IMG/VR virus record: IMGVR_UViG_3300035501_000578
Span: 32,001-96,000 of that record
Origin: a virus
Lineage: Duplodnaviria > Caudoviricetes
DNA: 64,000 nt
Strand: one strand, 5' to 3'
The notes under the pieces: model-generated
The model's input: only the letters and a program-made list of their open reading frames with translations
Databases searched by the model: none
Told to the model about the DNA's origin: nothing
Part shown: piece by piece, positions 49,092 to 59,692 of the stretch
How positions within the stretch are numbered: position 1 is the first letter of the stretch
Layout of the letters: each line of letters begins with the position of its first letter
Translations under genes and position numbers: made by a program

Positions 49092-51926
49092 CTAAATTTG
49101 CGAATTTACTTTATTTTTTGTAATTTTGTAGTTTATATTAAACATTTTTAAATCATTTCCACCTACTTCTAACTGTTCAATTTCAGATGAAGATTGAATT
49201 ATTGCATTATTAAAACTTTCATTACTACATAGGTATAATACTTGTAATAAAGTATTTTTTATTTGTGAATTTTCTTTATCTTCAAGAGAACTAAGTAACC
49301 TAAATAAAGTTGAAAATCCAATAATTTCACTTTCAATATTAGAAATCAAATTATCATATAGTAAATGTGATTTTTCTGATTTGTCTTCTTGATTTAATTC
49401 TGAACCAAAAATGTTTTTTCTATCAGATATATACTTCTTTAAAATACTATATATCTTGTTAATTTGTTTTTGATTTACATGTGTACTATAAAATTTTGAA
49501 TTATCCAATACTGAGACAAATGGCAACCAATCCTTTTTGTATGGATTTTTAATCTTAAATCCATTAACAACTGTTTGCAAATAGTCCATAGAAGTATTAT
49601 ATTTACAATAATTTTTCTTCTCTGGATTGTAATATCCTTTTTGTCTTGAAATATGTGCAAAGAAATGTGGCATTTTCTTTTTGTTATACTCATCACTAAG
49701 TTCTTCTTTATATTTTTCTCTCATTTTATCTAATTCTTTACTATTATCAATGTCAAATTCTTTTTTTGCTTTATCAATTTCAATACCAGACATTACATCC
49801 AATTGACAAATATCATAATACAATTCTTTAATATTATTATAAGTTTCACCATGATACATTTTGTCCCATAACAATGAATTAAGTTCCTGTGATAAATTGA
49901 TAATCTCACCAATCTTATTTACAGATGTTTTTATATCTAAATCCGCTTGTTCTTCAGGTGTATAGTATCTTTTTACTTTTTTTGCAGTGACAAAAGAAGT
50001 AGGAGTTTTAAATACAGTATAATTACGTTTTGCAGCTCTAATCAGTATCTCATTATCTGTAAGTAGCACTGTGTCACTGTCAAAATCAGCACCCGAAAGT
50101 CTTTGTAATACGTTTTCTCCGATAGAATTAATACACACAATCTCATCAGTAAGATTAAAATAACAATCAATTAATTTATTCTCTTTGTTATTTGCTAACC
50201 AAATGTTTCCCATTGTCACATGAGGACTTCGTGAGCCAAGTAATGTTTTATCATATCCAAATCTTATATTATGAATATTACCTATACCAATTTGACTTTT
50301 CCCCTCAAATACTCCGATTGATTGTTGCAACATTTCAATTGGGTTCCCCAATAGAGTAGAATAATTACCATTTACATATACATGTCCATTTTTTAAATTT
50401 TTGTAATATGATGCTAATAAATCATGCAAAAATTCCTGATAATATTTTGTCTTAGTAAAATTATCATTAATACACATAAGATTATATACAACATCATTTT
50501 TATCTATCATTGGTTTAGTCATTGGTTCAAAATCATTGATGTCCGGGTATTTAATATAATATCTTACAACTGCTGGATTATCCCTTAATAACTGAGCGAA
50601 GTCTAAAGATTGTTGTAAAAATTCTTTTACTTCGTCCTTAGAAAGTTGAAGAGTATTAATTAATTGGTAATGAGTCTGTACTAGCCGACCTCCAAAAAAA
50701 TGTGTCTTTTTATCATGTTTAACAACACCAAATTCGGGATAAAGATTATCTAACCAATTATCCAATGTATCAAACTTTAAATATTTTATACTATTTGGTG
50801 TAGTAATTAATTTTACATCCTCAATACATTTTGCCCTTGTTTTTCCATTTAATTGTGAAACATCAGTAATATTATTATCTTTAAACCATTGCTGAATATT
50901 ACAATTGAAGCAACAAGATTTAAACATAAGATTTCTTAATAATACCATTCCATAGCAAGAATATTCGCCCATCAAAGATACATCAATTAATGATTGCCCA
51001 TCCCAAATACTATTAGTAATTTCACAATTCTTTTCAGATGTAGTGAGCCATCCATTCTCATTATGTGTTTCTATTACATCTTCTTTAAAAACACTTTCAT
51101 AATCATCAATTAATAAAATATTTTCAGGAGAGATTGGAAGAGTATCAATAATACTACTTGATGGAAGAGATATATAACTTTCATAAGCTGCTAAATCAAC
51201 TTCCTGTCCTTCTTCTAAAACAATAGCACCTGAACTGAATTTTAAAATTGGTTTGAATAATGATTCATTAATGAATAAACACTTTCCAACACGAGCAGAA
51301 CCGGAAGAACGTTTCATTCTACAATATTTAATGCCATTACAAACAAAACCGTTTTTATAAAGTTCTTTTCGTAATTCTGCATTTGTTTTAATTGTTTTTG
51401 GCTCTTTTGATTTTTTGTATTGTTTTTGTACTTCTTTAACCTTTGTTTTATCTTTTTTATCCATAATTTCAATATCTATAATACAAAAACAGTTTGGAAG
51501 TTCGTCAGTAGGAGATGAGATTTTCTCCCCAATTTGTATTCCGACAATTTCACCGTTATCATTTTTAGCAATACAATCATTAAAAACCAAATTTCTGTAA
51601 TCATATCCAAACTTTACGAAAGTATTTCTATTCATCTGATTCCATTCTTTAACAGAATATTTAAAAGTTAAATTTATAACATTTGTTGTATAAGAATGCT
51701 TTTTTATTTTAAATGAAAAGTCATTGCGTCTATATTTCTTATAATAAATATCTAATAATTCAATTAAGTCCAAACTATAATCAAGGCTATTAATAAATTT
51801 TCGTAAATTATACTGTCCGTCTTTGAGTTTCAAATTATATCCTTCTGGATTATCCTCAATATAATGTGCTAATAAATAAATATCTTTTGCATCAATAGAC
51901 GGTATGTACACTCCTTTATGTTCCAA
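49092..51926 (-). CDS. YonO-like single-subunit DNA-dependent RNA polymerase
   Basis: 944 aa; catalytic GADFDSD motif, RSPH, DG and IEIDKAK, typical of the RdRP-like double-psi-barrel YonO family. Confidence 0.88.
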   Translation of the reverse strand: MEHKGVYIPSIDAKDIYLLAHYIEDNPEGYNLKLKDGQYNLRKFINSLDYSLDLIELLDIYYKKYRRNDFSFKIKKHSYTTNVINLTFKYSVKEWNQMNRNTFVKFGYDYRNLVFNDCIAKNDNGEIVGIQIGEKISSPTDELPNCFCIIDIEIMDKKDKTKVKEVQKQYKKSKEPKTIKTNAELRKELYKNGFVCNGIKYCRMKRSSGSARVGKCLFINESLFKPILKFSSGAIVLEEGQEVDLAAYESYISLPSSSIIDTLPISPENILLIDDYESVFKEDVIETHNENGWLTTSEKNCEITNSIWDGQSLIDVSLMGEYSCYGMVLLRNLMFKSCCFNCNIQQWFKDNNITDVSQLNGKTRAKCIEDVKLITTPNSIKYLKFDTLDNWLDNLYPEFGVVKHDKKTHFFGGRLVQTHYQLINTLQLSKDEVKEFLQQSLDFAQLLRDNPAVVRYYIKYPDINDFEPMTKPMIDKNDVVYNLMCINDNFTKTKYYQEFLHDLLASYYKNLKNGHVYVNGNYSTLLGNPIEMLQQSIGVFEGKSQIGIGNIHNIRFGYDKTLLGSRSPHVTMGNIWLANNKENKLIDCYFNLTDEIVCINSIGENVLQRLSGADFDSDTVLLTDNEILIRAAKRNYTVFKTPTSFVTAKKVKRYYTPEEQADLDIKTSVNKIGEIINLSQELNSLLWDKMYHGETYNNIKELYYDICQLDVMSGIEIDKAKKEFDIDNSKELDKMREKYKEELSDEYNKKKMPHFFAHISRQKGYYNPEKKNYCKYNTSMDYLQTVVNGFKIKNPYKKDWLPFVSVLDNSKFYSTHVNQKQINKIYSILKKYISDRKNIFGSELNQEDKSEKSHLLYDNLISNIESEIIGFSTLFRLLSSLEDKENSQIKNTLLQVLYLCSNESFNNAIIQSSSEIEQLEVGGNDLKMFNINYKITKNKVNSQI

Positions 51927-51928
51927 TA

Positions 51929-53812
51929 TTATTTTTCCTCCATAATTCTTATTTTAGGATAAACTGTATCATTCCCATTAAAAAATGGTAATCCTATTTC
52001 TAATTTTTTATGTAGTATTTTCATCGCTTCTAAAATTCGCTGTTTTATATATTCTTCCAAATTTTCATCTGGAAAAATTGAATAGTCGGGTTCAAAATAC
52101 ATTTCATAACCAAATAAACTAATAATCCATCTTTTCCTATAATCTAATTCAAATGTCCATTGTTTATTATTACAATTATTAATAATTTTTCCATACCTGT
52201 TAATAATTCTTGTTATTCTTGACTTTTTATTTCTATTTATTTTCATTGAGGATAAATGAGAATCTATTCTTTTCATAAAACGTCTTAATAATTCTTTTTC
52301 AAATTCACCAAATATACAACTGTCATCAAAATACCAATCTATCAAATTAGAAGAACGATAATATAACCTAATATTTCTATAATCATCCGAAATTTCCAAA
52401 CTAAAACCTCTTGTAGAATCACATTTATCCTTAATTAAAGATATTACTTCCATAAATTGCTTATCACTATTTAATATAAACTCATAAAATTCATCTTTAT
52501 AGAAATCTCTTTTTGCTGACGACAAATAATATTGGTATTGACTATTCAAATATTCTTGTGTTAATTTACTTCCTTTAATCCAAGTATCAATTCCTATTCT
52601 ATTAGTTACATATTTATTATAAATATTCCCCTGATAATAAATTTTAAAATATATATTATCAATATCATATTGCGTTTTTATATAATTTAAGTGGGGAACT
52701 ATTTTTTCTATATAGAATATTTTTTCTAAATCATTAATAAAGTGTAATTGATTATCTAAATATATAGAATTTTCTTGGCATATAGATAATACATTTTCAA
52801 TATCTTCTTTTATCCATATTTTCTTTTTACTAATAAATTTCTTTGAGTAAACGGTTATATTAAATTCTTTTTTACAGTAATTAATATTAAGTATATATAT
52901 TCTTTCAGATTGTTTATAATATTCTACCTGAAAGCCTTTACTATCATATGTATTTTTTAATGTTTCCAACCATTTAATAAAGTCTTTATTAATTATTTTC
53001 TCAAAGCTTATTTTTGCATCAATACAACTTTTGTTTTGTACATTTAAATATATATAAATTTTATCAGTATAATCCAATTCCATAAATGAATGTTTTAGCT
53101 CAGTGATAGTACACTTTTTTAATTTATACTTTCTTAAATTTTCCCAAAACCAATCTAATTTTTCCCACTGAATCTTATAATTTAGTTTATCTTGACGTTT
53201 CCATTCTTGTTTTCTTTTTGCAATAGTATCTTCATAATCAGCTCTTGAATAACTTTTAATAAAACATTCTCCATCAGAATAAATAAGATTAAATATTGGA
53301 ATGTCATTTTTAAATTTTTGATTAATAAAATATCTTGTATCAACTTCCACAACATCATTCCCAAGTTCATCCCATTTTGGCACATAGAGTTCAGTTTTTT
53401 TATTTGTTGTTTTGATTTCAAAAAAGAAAACTTTTTCATCAGTAGTAGCAACAATAATATCTGGTCTATAATTACCAAAAGACGTATGTAAAGTTTTTTC
53501 TGTTTCTATACTGTCTACTTCATATTCAATGTTATTGATAATAAATTTACATCCTTTTTTAAATAACCATGTCTTACAAATAAAATGAATATAAGTTTCA
53601 TTACTACATCCACCTGTTTCATGATAGTAGTGTGGTTGTACTTGATAATCAATACCTTTTTTATAGGCTCTTGGTTTAATAATTCCTCCACAACAAGGGC
53701 AATAATAATTGACATTTTCTTTTGCGTCTAAAATATGAATATAATTTGCGTCTCCTTCTAAAGAATCCAACCCAACTATTAATTGTGGTAAATCCTTTTC
53801 AATAACTTCCAA
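51929..53812 (-). CDS. CoiA-like Zn-finger/PD-(D/E)xK nuclease
   Basis: YYCPCCG...HYYH...C.NETYIH...RPDI...FEIK. Confidence 0.65.
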   Translation of the reverse strand: MEVIEKDLPQLIVGLDSLEGDANYIHILDAKENVNYYCPCCGGIIKPRAYKKGIDYQVQPHYYHETGGCSNETYIHFICKTWLFKKGCKFIINNIEYEVDSIETEKTLHTSFGNYRPDIIVATTDEKVFFFEIKTTNKKTELYVPKWDELGNDVVEVDTRYFINQKFKNDIPIFNLIYSDGECFIKSYSRADYEDTIAKRKQEWKRQDKLNYKIQWEKLDWFWENLRKYKLKKCTITELKHSFMELDYTDKIYIYLNVQNKSCIDAKISFEKIINKDFIKWLETLKNTYDSKGFQVEYYKQSERIYILNINYCKKEFNITVYSKKFISKKKIWIKEDIENVLSICQENSIYLDNQLHFINDLEKIFYIEKIVPHLNYIKTQYDIDNIYFKIYYQGNIYNKYVTNRIGIDTWIKGSKLTQEYLNSQYQYYLSSAKRDFYKDEFYEFILNSDKQFMEVISLIKDKCDSTRGFSLEISDDYRNIRLYYRSSNLIDWYFDDSCIFGEFEKELLRRFMKRIDSHLSSMKINRNKKSRITRIINRYGKIINNCNNKQWTFELDYRKRWIISLFGYEMYFEPDYSIFPDENLEEYIKQRILEAMKILHKKLEIGLPFFNGNDTVYPKIRIMEEK

Positions 53813-54050
53813 TAATATCCTCCTTTATGCTTAACTAAAAATACAAGATTGTATAAATTTATGTGAATCACGAATATATGTCATATGTATTATTTCTCTA
53901 AAAATATCCAATTCTGCGCCAACAAAATTAAATATTGATTATTCATTATCTTATTTTTTAATATACCATTCATATTTTAGCCAGTTCACATATATAACTT
54001 CTGGAAGATTATGTATATGTGGTGTTATTTTCCACAACAATTCCTTAAAA

Positions 54051-54290
54051 TTATCCATCCTCATCCTCCATAGTCTTAACCTCTCCACCATACCATTGGA
54101 CAAAATCTGACAAAAACATATTATCCAAACATTCATAATGAGCATATTCACCATCAGGATTTACTATATATTCTTCACCAGGATATATACCTTCATCACA
54201 AATAGAGCAGTAGTAACTAGCTTTTGGTGGGACATAATTAGGACATCTATAATCATGACCTTTGGTATATCTACAATATTCACAAGCCAT
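54051..54290 (-). CDS. Small Cys-rich protein
   Basis: CEYC...H..RCP...CSIC...H.EC. Confidence 0.65.
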   Translation of the reverse strand: MACEYCRYTKGHDYRCPNYVPPKASYYCSICDEGIYPGEEYIVNPDGEYAHYECLDNMFLSDFVQWYGGEVKTMEDEDG

Positions 54291-54721
54291 TAAGCGACAC
54301 TTCCTTTATTACTTTTTAACTTTTCATACACAAAGCCCTCATCAGATGTATAATATATTTCCTTTATACCTAAGTCTTTAATTGCTGCCATACAAGATTG
54401 ACATGGACGAGCCATACCACATGGTTGATCTTTGCGAAGCCGGTATATGTAAAGTTTTACTTTTGAAAAGTTAATATTTAAATGTTTAATTCCATTAAGA
54501 CAGCTAATTTCTGCATGAAGTTTTGGTAATAAAGCATCATCATTACAACGGTATTGGTTATAATATTTCTGCATTGGATGTGTTTTATTACAGTTACAAC
54601 CAAGTCCAATAATCTGTCCTTGGTATACAGCTACACATCCAATGTGAATTTTAGGATAATCGGAAATATCAGCAATATTTTTAGCTTTTTCAAAATATCT
54701 ATAATCTGAATTAACTAGCAT
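54290..54721 (-). CDS. Zn-dependent cytidine/dCMP deaminase-like protein
   Basis: HAE and PCQSC motifs. Confidence 0.8.
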   Translation of the reverse strand: MLVNSDYRYFEKAKNIADISDYPKIHIGCVAVYQGQIIGLGCNCNKTHPMQKYYNQYRCNDDALLPKLHAEISCLNGIKHLNINFSKVKLYIYRLRKDQPCGMARPCQSCMAAIKDLGIKEIYYTSDEGFVYEKLKSNKGSVA

Positions 54722-55079
54722 TTGCAGTCCTTTCTGATTCTAATAATTCATTACCCTTATCAAAACATTTCAACATATAGTCGTAACGAGATATATATTT
54801 TTCATAAAAACCTTCAGATAGAAGATTAGCAACATGTTTTAATATTGCTGAATTAATAATTTTATAATCTACATCAAACTCAATCTTTTCCTGTTCTTCG
54901 ATTAAGTCATGTAAATCAACTGAATTTTCTTTTAGGTAAAAAGTAACTTCATACTTCTTTGTTTCATAGTTATATAATTCCATAGCAATAACTGTATAAC
55001 CATTATGTAAGTCAATTGCAATTGAATCATTTCCAATTTTCTTATAAATAAGTTTCTCCATAATATTTTTCTCCTTCAA
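54711..55079 (-). CDS. Hypothetical protein
   Basis: Operonic ORF. Confidence 0.6.
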   Translation of the reverse strand: MKEKNIMEKLIYKKIGNDSIAIDLHNGYTVIAMELYNYETKKYEVTFYLKENSVDLHDLIEEQEKIEFDVDYKIINSAILKHVANLLSEGFYEKYISRYDYMLKCFDKGNELLESERTANAS

Positions 55080-55200
55080 AATTCCTACAATGCCCTTTCT
55101 ACCTCTGAGACATTCTTATTTTAAATAAATCACGAACTAAAATTCTTCCAAGGTAAAAGTTATTGTCTAACATACTTTTATTAAAATTTAATTTACTAAT

Positions 55201-55563
55201 TCAAATCTGAGAGGTAAGTTTATTTTTTCTTCCCTCTTGCATTTTCTCTTTTTGTTCTTCAGATAACACTCGACTCTGACGTTTTGGACGTTCATACTTA
55301 CCAATACTGATGGATTTACAAGGAGCCTCGTAGAATTTTGTGCAAACAGTTCCGTCCTTATAATATTCTGTACGTGTGCATTTCCAGCCTTGCTTTTCAA
55401 ATTTTCGCATATAAGTGGGAGAGGAACAGCTTGCATACCAGGTTCTGTCCTTGTCGTCCATTACTAGAACAACTTCACGTTCTTCGGGTGCTAGTTTATA
55501 ACAAGTCTTATTGTCAGGTTTTATTTCTTCAATATTTTCGTTATATCCTGTTTTCATATGCAC
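55201..55563 (-). CDS. Hypothetical protein
   Basis: Operonic ORF. Confidence 0.6.
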   Translation of the reverse strand: MHMKTGYNENIEEIKPDNKTCYKLAPEEREVVLVMDDKDRTWYASCSSPTYMRKFEKQGWKCTRTEYYKDGTVCTKFYEAPCKSISIGKYERPKRQSRVLSEEQKEKMQEGRKNKLTSQI

Positions 55564-55753
55564 CTCTCTGTTTCTTTGCTCTATCTCTTAGTTCTACATT
55601 TTTCTTACACATTTTGTTAAAATTTTCAGCACTAACTATCTTTTGTGCCATAGTTCCCATAGTATGATGACCCTCAAAGTCAAATAATGAGAGTTCACCT
55701 GAATACTTGGTATGGTCTGGTTTATAAAAACCGGTCTTGCATTCTTCTGTCAT
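55541..55753 (-). CDS. Hypothetical protein
   Basis: RBS AAAGGA. Confidence 0.55.
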   Translation of the reverse strand: MTEECKTGFYKPDHTKYSGELSLFDFEGHHTMGTMAQKIVSAENFNKMCKKNVELRDRAKKQRGAYENRI

Positions 55754-55940
55754 CTAATTAAAATTAATTCCTTTCTTTGTTTCTTTATTTTTGTTTTTTA
55801 GTGTTTTTAGTATTTGTAGTATTAATCTTAGTTGTCATTGGCGGTTGACAACGTAGATTTACTTTATATATTTAAGTAAGATAATGGTAGTGGTTATGTT
55901 GTGTTGTAAAAAATAATAGTAACTGTCACAAGTATTATTT

Positions 55941-56747
55941 CTACTTTTTATATTGATTTACTTCCAACAATTCTAACTGCTCTGAAATTTCTTTTTGATA
56001 ATCATAATTAGAATCAATTACCTGATCACCATTTTCATTTTTTATATAGTGAATATAATCAGCGAAAACTTTTGGAGTTGTTAAGAAGCCATATTTATCA
56101 TCATCTTTTTTATACCTAATACGTTTGCTTTCTTGATACTTAATTATGTTCATTACATCTAATATTTCTATAATCCGAGATATGTAACGTACAGATAATC
56201 CAATATCTTCTGAAATCTTTTGATATAACCGATAGCAGCATAATGGTTTATCTGAATTGTGATTCATATTTACACGAAGATAGGATAGAAGTAGCAATAT
56301 ATAAGCGGATGACATTCTTGATAAATCAATCTCTTTATCATTTATTTTCTTGTCTTTTAATTCTTCTTTAAAATTTAAAATTCGTTCTAACTCATCAAAG
56401 TAGATAATTCCAAAACTATCCAGTTTATCAAATTTTTCTATATCCAAGCTTATATTGTAATAATCCGTTGAATTTTTTTTCTCTTTAGCAAGCTTCTCAA
56501 AATCAGGACAGTCAATAAAATATCCATAGCGAGAGAGGAGTTTTAACATTTCAAGATATTTATAATTTATTTTTCCATCATGATAGTTTGGTTTTAAGTG
56601 TGACCAGTGACACAGCTCTGAAATACTGAATGCCACTGTATCATCTAATGCTCTACGAGAGCATAAGTAAGAAAAAATAATTACCCGTTTGTCACCAATA
56701 TCTTTATCATAGATTATTTCTCTTGGTATCTTTACATAGTTAGGCAA
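55941..56747 (-). CDS. Putative tandem winged-helix DNA-binding protein
   Basis: YQKISEDIGLSVRYISRIIEILDVMNII HTH-like segment. Confidence 0.5.
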   Translation of the reverse strand: MPNYVKIPREIIYDKDIGDKRVIIFSYLCSRRALDDTVAFSISELCHWSHLKPNYHDGKINYKYLEMLKLLSRYGYFIDCPDFEKLAKEKKNSTDYYNISLDIEKFDKLDSFGIIYFDELERILNFKEELKDKKINDKEIDLSRMSSAYILLLLSYLRVNMNHNSDKPLCCYRLYQKISEDIGLSVRYISRIIEILDVMNIIKYQESKRIRYKKDDDKYGFLTTPKVFADYIHYIKNENGDQVIDSNYDYQKEISEQLELLEVNQYKK

Positions 56748-56759
56748 ATAATCACCTAC

Positions 56760-57632
56760 CTACTTTACAAATAATTCACAAGCAATCTTCAATAAAACAT
56801 CGCCATCACCAACTTCTTTAACAAGATAAGTAATCATAGTTGGTTTATATTGTGTGTTTGGATGTTCTTCCATATATTTATCTACATATTTTTTATGGTC
56901 GTTCCAAAAATTTGGATGATCTTTTTCGTAGATTTTATAAATCAAAGACCATTTTTTCTTATCATAAGAACCATTGGCACTAGTTCCACAAATAATTCCA
57001 ATTTCTGTTTGAAAGTTTTTAATTTCTACTTCTGATAAATGTTGTTTTGATTCATTAAATTGTTTTTGCTTTCTGACATATCTGGAAATTGAATCTTGTA
57101 ATCTACTAGAATTATTCATAAAATAATCCAAAATATCTTTATCAAACGTAATAATGCCGTCTGAAACATGAATATACTTTTTAATTTCAGAATCAGAATT
57201 ACTAAAATTATCAGAAATTCTATATGTATTACGAATACGATTGATTTTTAAATCTAAAATATTATTTTCATATAAATAATACTTCAAGCTTGTCTGATCT
57301 AAATAAACAAAACCAGTCAAAGAATCAGCAACTTCTTTACAAGTCAATGTATCAGGAAGTTCTTTTTTTACTTCTTTTGTCGCAATTTCCTCTTTATTTT
57401 GTTCTTCTTTCCATTTTTTGAATTCAACAATATCAGAATTCATATGTTTTACAAAATCCCAAACTTCATTAAACTGTTCATTAATTGAAGATTTATAATT
57501 TTTAAAATCTAAACCAAAGGCTACAATATCACCGTTGTTCTTATTTGTTTTTTCAGAAATCTCATTCTGTTTTTCATTTAATAATGCAATGGCATTATCA
57601 TAGTTCTTTTCATTTGTCCCAAAAAATTTCAA
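56760..57632 (-). CDS. Hypothetical protein
   Basis: Coupled to the ParB-like gene. Confidence 0.6.
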   Translation of the reverse strand: MKFFGTNEKNYDNAIALLNEKQNEISEKTNKNNGDIVAFGLDFKNYKSSINEQFNEVWDFVKHMNSDIVEFKKWKEEQNKEEIATKEVKKELPDTLTCKEVADSLTGFVYLDQTSLKYYLYENNILDLKINRIRNTYRISDNFSNSDSEIKKYIHVSDGIITFDKDILDYFMNNSSRLQDSISRYVRKQKQFNESKQHLSEVEIKNFQTEIGIICGTSANGSYDKKKWSLIYKIYEKDHPNFWNDHKKYVDKYMEEHPNTQYKPTMITYLVKEVGDGDVLLKIACELFVK

Positions 57633-58813
57633 CTATTTTCCTCCGTTTCAATATCAATAATATTTTCATCGTAATTTTCTTCTCCAATATAAGAGAGCAT
57701 TGTCAAATACCAGTCGTTTAGCATAGATAAGGTATTTAATAGATTCTTTTTTAAAAGTTCATTGTTTTTTACAGCAAACATATAAGGTTGGTATTTAAGT
57801 GGTGCAAGATTGTTTTGTAGTAAATCGGACAGTTCGTTATTTAATTCTGTAATTTGGACAGTTGCTTGGAATGTATTGTAATCACCTTCCGGCTCTAATC
57901 CCATATGAGCAAGTTTTTTCTTCACTTCCATATATTCTTCAGATTGTGATTTGTATTGTGCAGCAAGGTCATCAGATATCTTTTTTTGCGCTTCTAATAT
58001 TTTATTCTCTGATTCAAGCCTTTCGTTTTCTACTTTTAACGTAGCAATTTTTTCTGTATTGGGTGAAGAATTATAATCTTTCAACTCCTTATTCTCTTTT
58101 TTGAGGGTCTTTATCTCGTCAATATATTTTTTTGCTTCTTTTTTTGTTATCTTTTTTGTGACATCCATTGATGATATAAGTTCTCTTTGTTCATCATTTG
58201 ATAGATTCCGAATAATGGCAAGAGCAGTATCTTTTGTAACAATTCCAGTATCAACTAAATCTTCTAGTTCAGGTATCATCTTTGCCATACGCATATAGTT
58301 ATTCATGGTTTGATGTGTAATACCATAAGATTCTGCAAGTTCTGTTTGGTTTTTAGGATAATCAGAGCTACGCAAAACTTTTGCTATGCTATGTTGATTA
58401 GTTCCCTTATTGAATCCATACCAATCGTTCAAAAATGAAAAACATCTTCCGAGTTTGACCGGATTTGTGTTTCCTAAAACTCTTTGGCGAAGATTAGATT
58501 CAATTAGATCTTTAATCTCTTTTTCTTCATTTTCATAATGAATCATCTTATAAGAGACTTCCTCAATTCCTAATACATTACATGCACGAATACGTTGATG
58601 ACCACTGATAATCATCTTATTTTCATTGATAGTGACTGCATTAGTAACGCCAGACGTACTGATTGATTGCAATAGAGAATCCCACGCATCACCTTCCATA
58701 TCATCAAAATAATAATTATTTTTTGGATGTGGACTTAATTCTGATACTTTTATTCTACCTTCATTATTCATTTGTTTTTTCATCCAACTCCTTTCCATAA
58801 AATATACAGTCAT
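57629..58813 (-). CDS. ParB-like N-terminal domain protein with HTH and coiled coil
   Basis: LSPHPKN...SI...G...IISGHQRIRA...ESNLRQR. Confidence 0.8.
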   Translation of the reverse strand: MTVYFMERSWMKKQMNNEGRIKVSELSPHPKNNYYFDDMEGDAWDSLLQSISTSGVTNAVTINENKMIISGHQRIRACNVLGIEEVSYKMIHYENEEKEIKDLIESNLRQRVLGNTNPVKLGRCFSFLNDWYGFNKGTNQHSIAKVLRSSDYPKNQTELAESYGITHQTMNNYMRMAKMIPELEDLVDTGIVTKDTALAIIRNLSNDEQRELISSMDVTKKITKKEAKKYIDEIKTLKKENKELKDYNSSPNTEKIATLKVENERLESENKILEAQKKISDDLAAQYKSQSEEYMEVKKKLAHMGLEPEGDYNTFQATVQITELNNELSDLLQNNLAPLKYQPYMFAVKNNELLKKNLLNTLSMLNDWYLTMLSYIGEENYDENIIDIETEENS

Positions 58814-59471
58814 ATCTTTGATCTATTTCATTTGCGATTTTTAATAAATCTTTAGTATCAGTTTCGCCATTTGAACATAAGAGAAATATAATATCTTTAT
58901 TCTCTTCGTGTATTGCTTTTAACATTTGTTTTAATTCTTCCATGTGTGGTTATTCCTTTCTTCAAAATATTTGTTTATAGTTATGTAAAACATCAGATAG
59001 ATGTCCTAACTTGTATTTCTACATTTCAAATCCGTTTTTACCTCGTTTCTTTCGTTTGTAAAAATCTTAAAGCTACATTTTTCAAATTTCACTCAAATAC
59101 GTTTAGGTCTGCTACTGAAGACCCAAAAGTTAAAATTTATTTCATTTGGGTCTGCTACAGAGGTCATTTTGTGACAGTCAATATCTATATATACTCATAT
59201 TATCTAAAGAAGAATATTCGTAACTTATTCCGCTTCGCTACATAAGTTACTCTATTATTTTTTCTTTAATTGTTATTGTTTGATTGTTTAAATACATTTC
59301 TACTTTTTATTTCTATTTACATTGAACAATTCTCTTCATGAAGATATTGATAAATGTTTTCTTTCGTATTTATTATTCTTTATTTCTTTCAACGATTTCT
59401 CCAATTCATATAAAAATTTTTGTTTTTCCATTCCATAATATTATTTATCATTATTTCTATTATTTCTTTTT

Positions 59472-59660
59472 TCATTTAGATTCATAACAGTTACATCTAT
59501 ATTCTTCTTTTGGTGAAATATGTTTTCTTATTATTGGAATATTCTTACATACCTGATAATTTAATTTACCTATTTTGTTATTTAGTTCATTAAGGCTGCA
59601 AGCAGTCAGTATATCTTTATAATCTTTATAGATACAGGTTTTGCATTGTTCCATAATCAT
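59472..59660 (-). CDS. Small Cys-containing protein
   Basis: RBS AAGGAG. Confidence 0.5.
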   Translation of the reverse strand: MIMEQCKTCIYKDYKDILTACSLNELNNKIGKLNYQVCKNIPIIRKHISPKEEYRCNCYESK

Positions 59661-59692
59661 TTCTCCTTTATTACTTTATTCATTTCTCTTAT

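Noticed and set aside
8691-58298. Many plus-strand and alternate-frame ORFs overlapping long minus-strand genes
   Set aside because: Shadow ORFs without RBS or domain signal.
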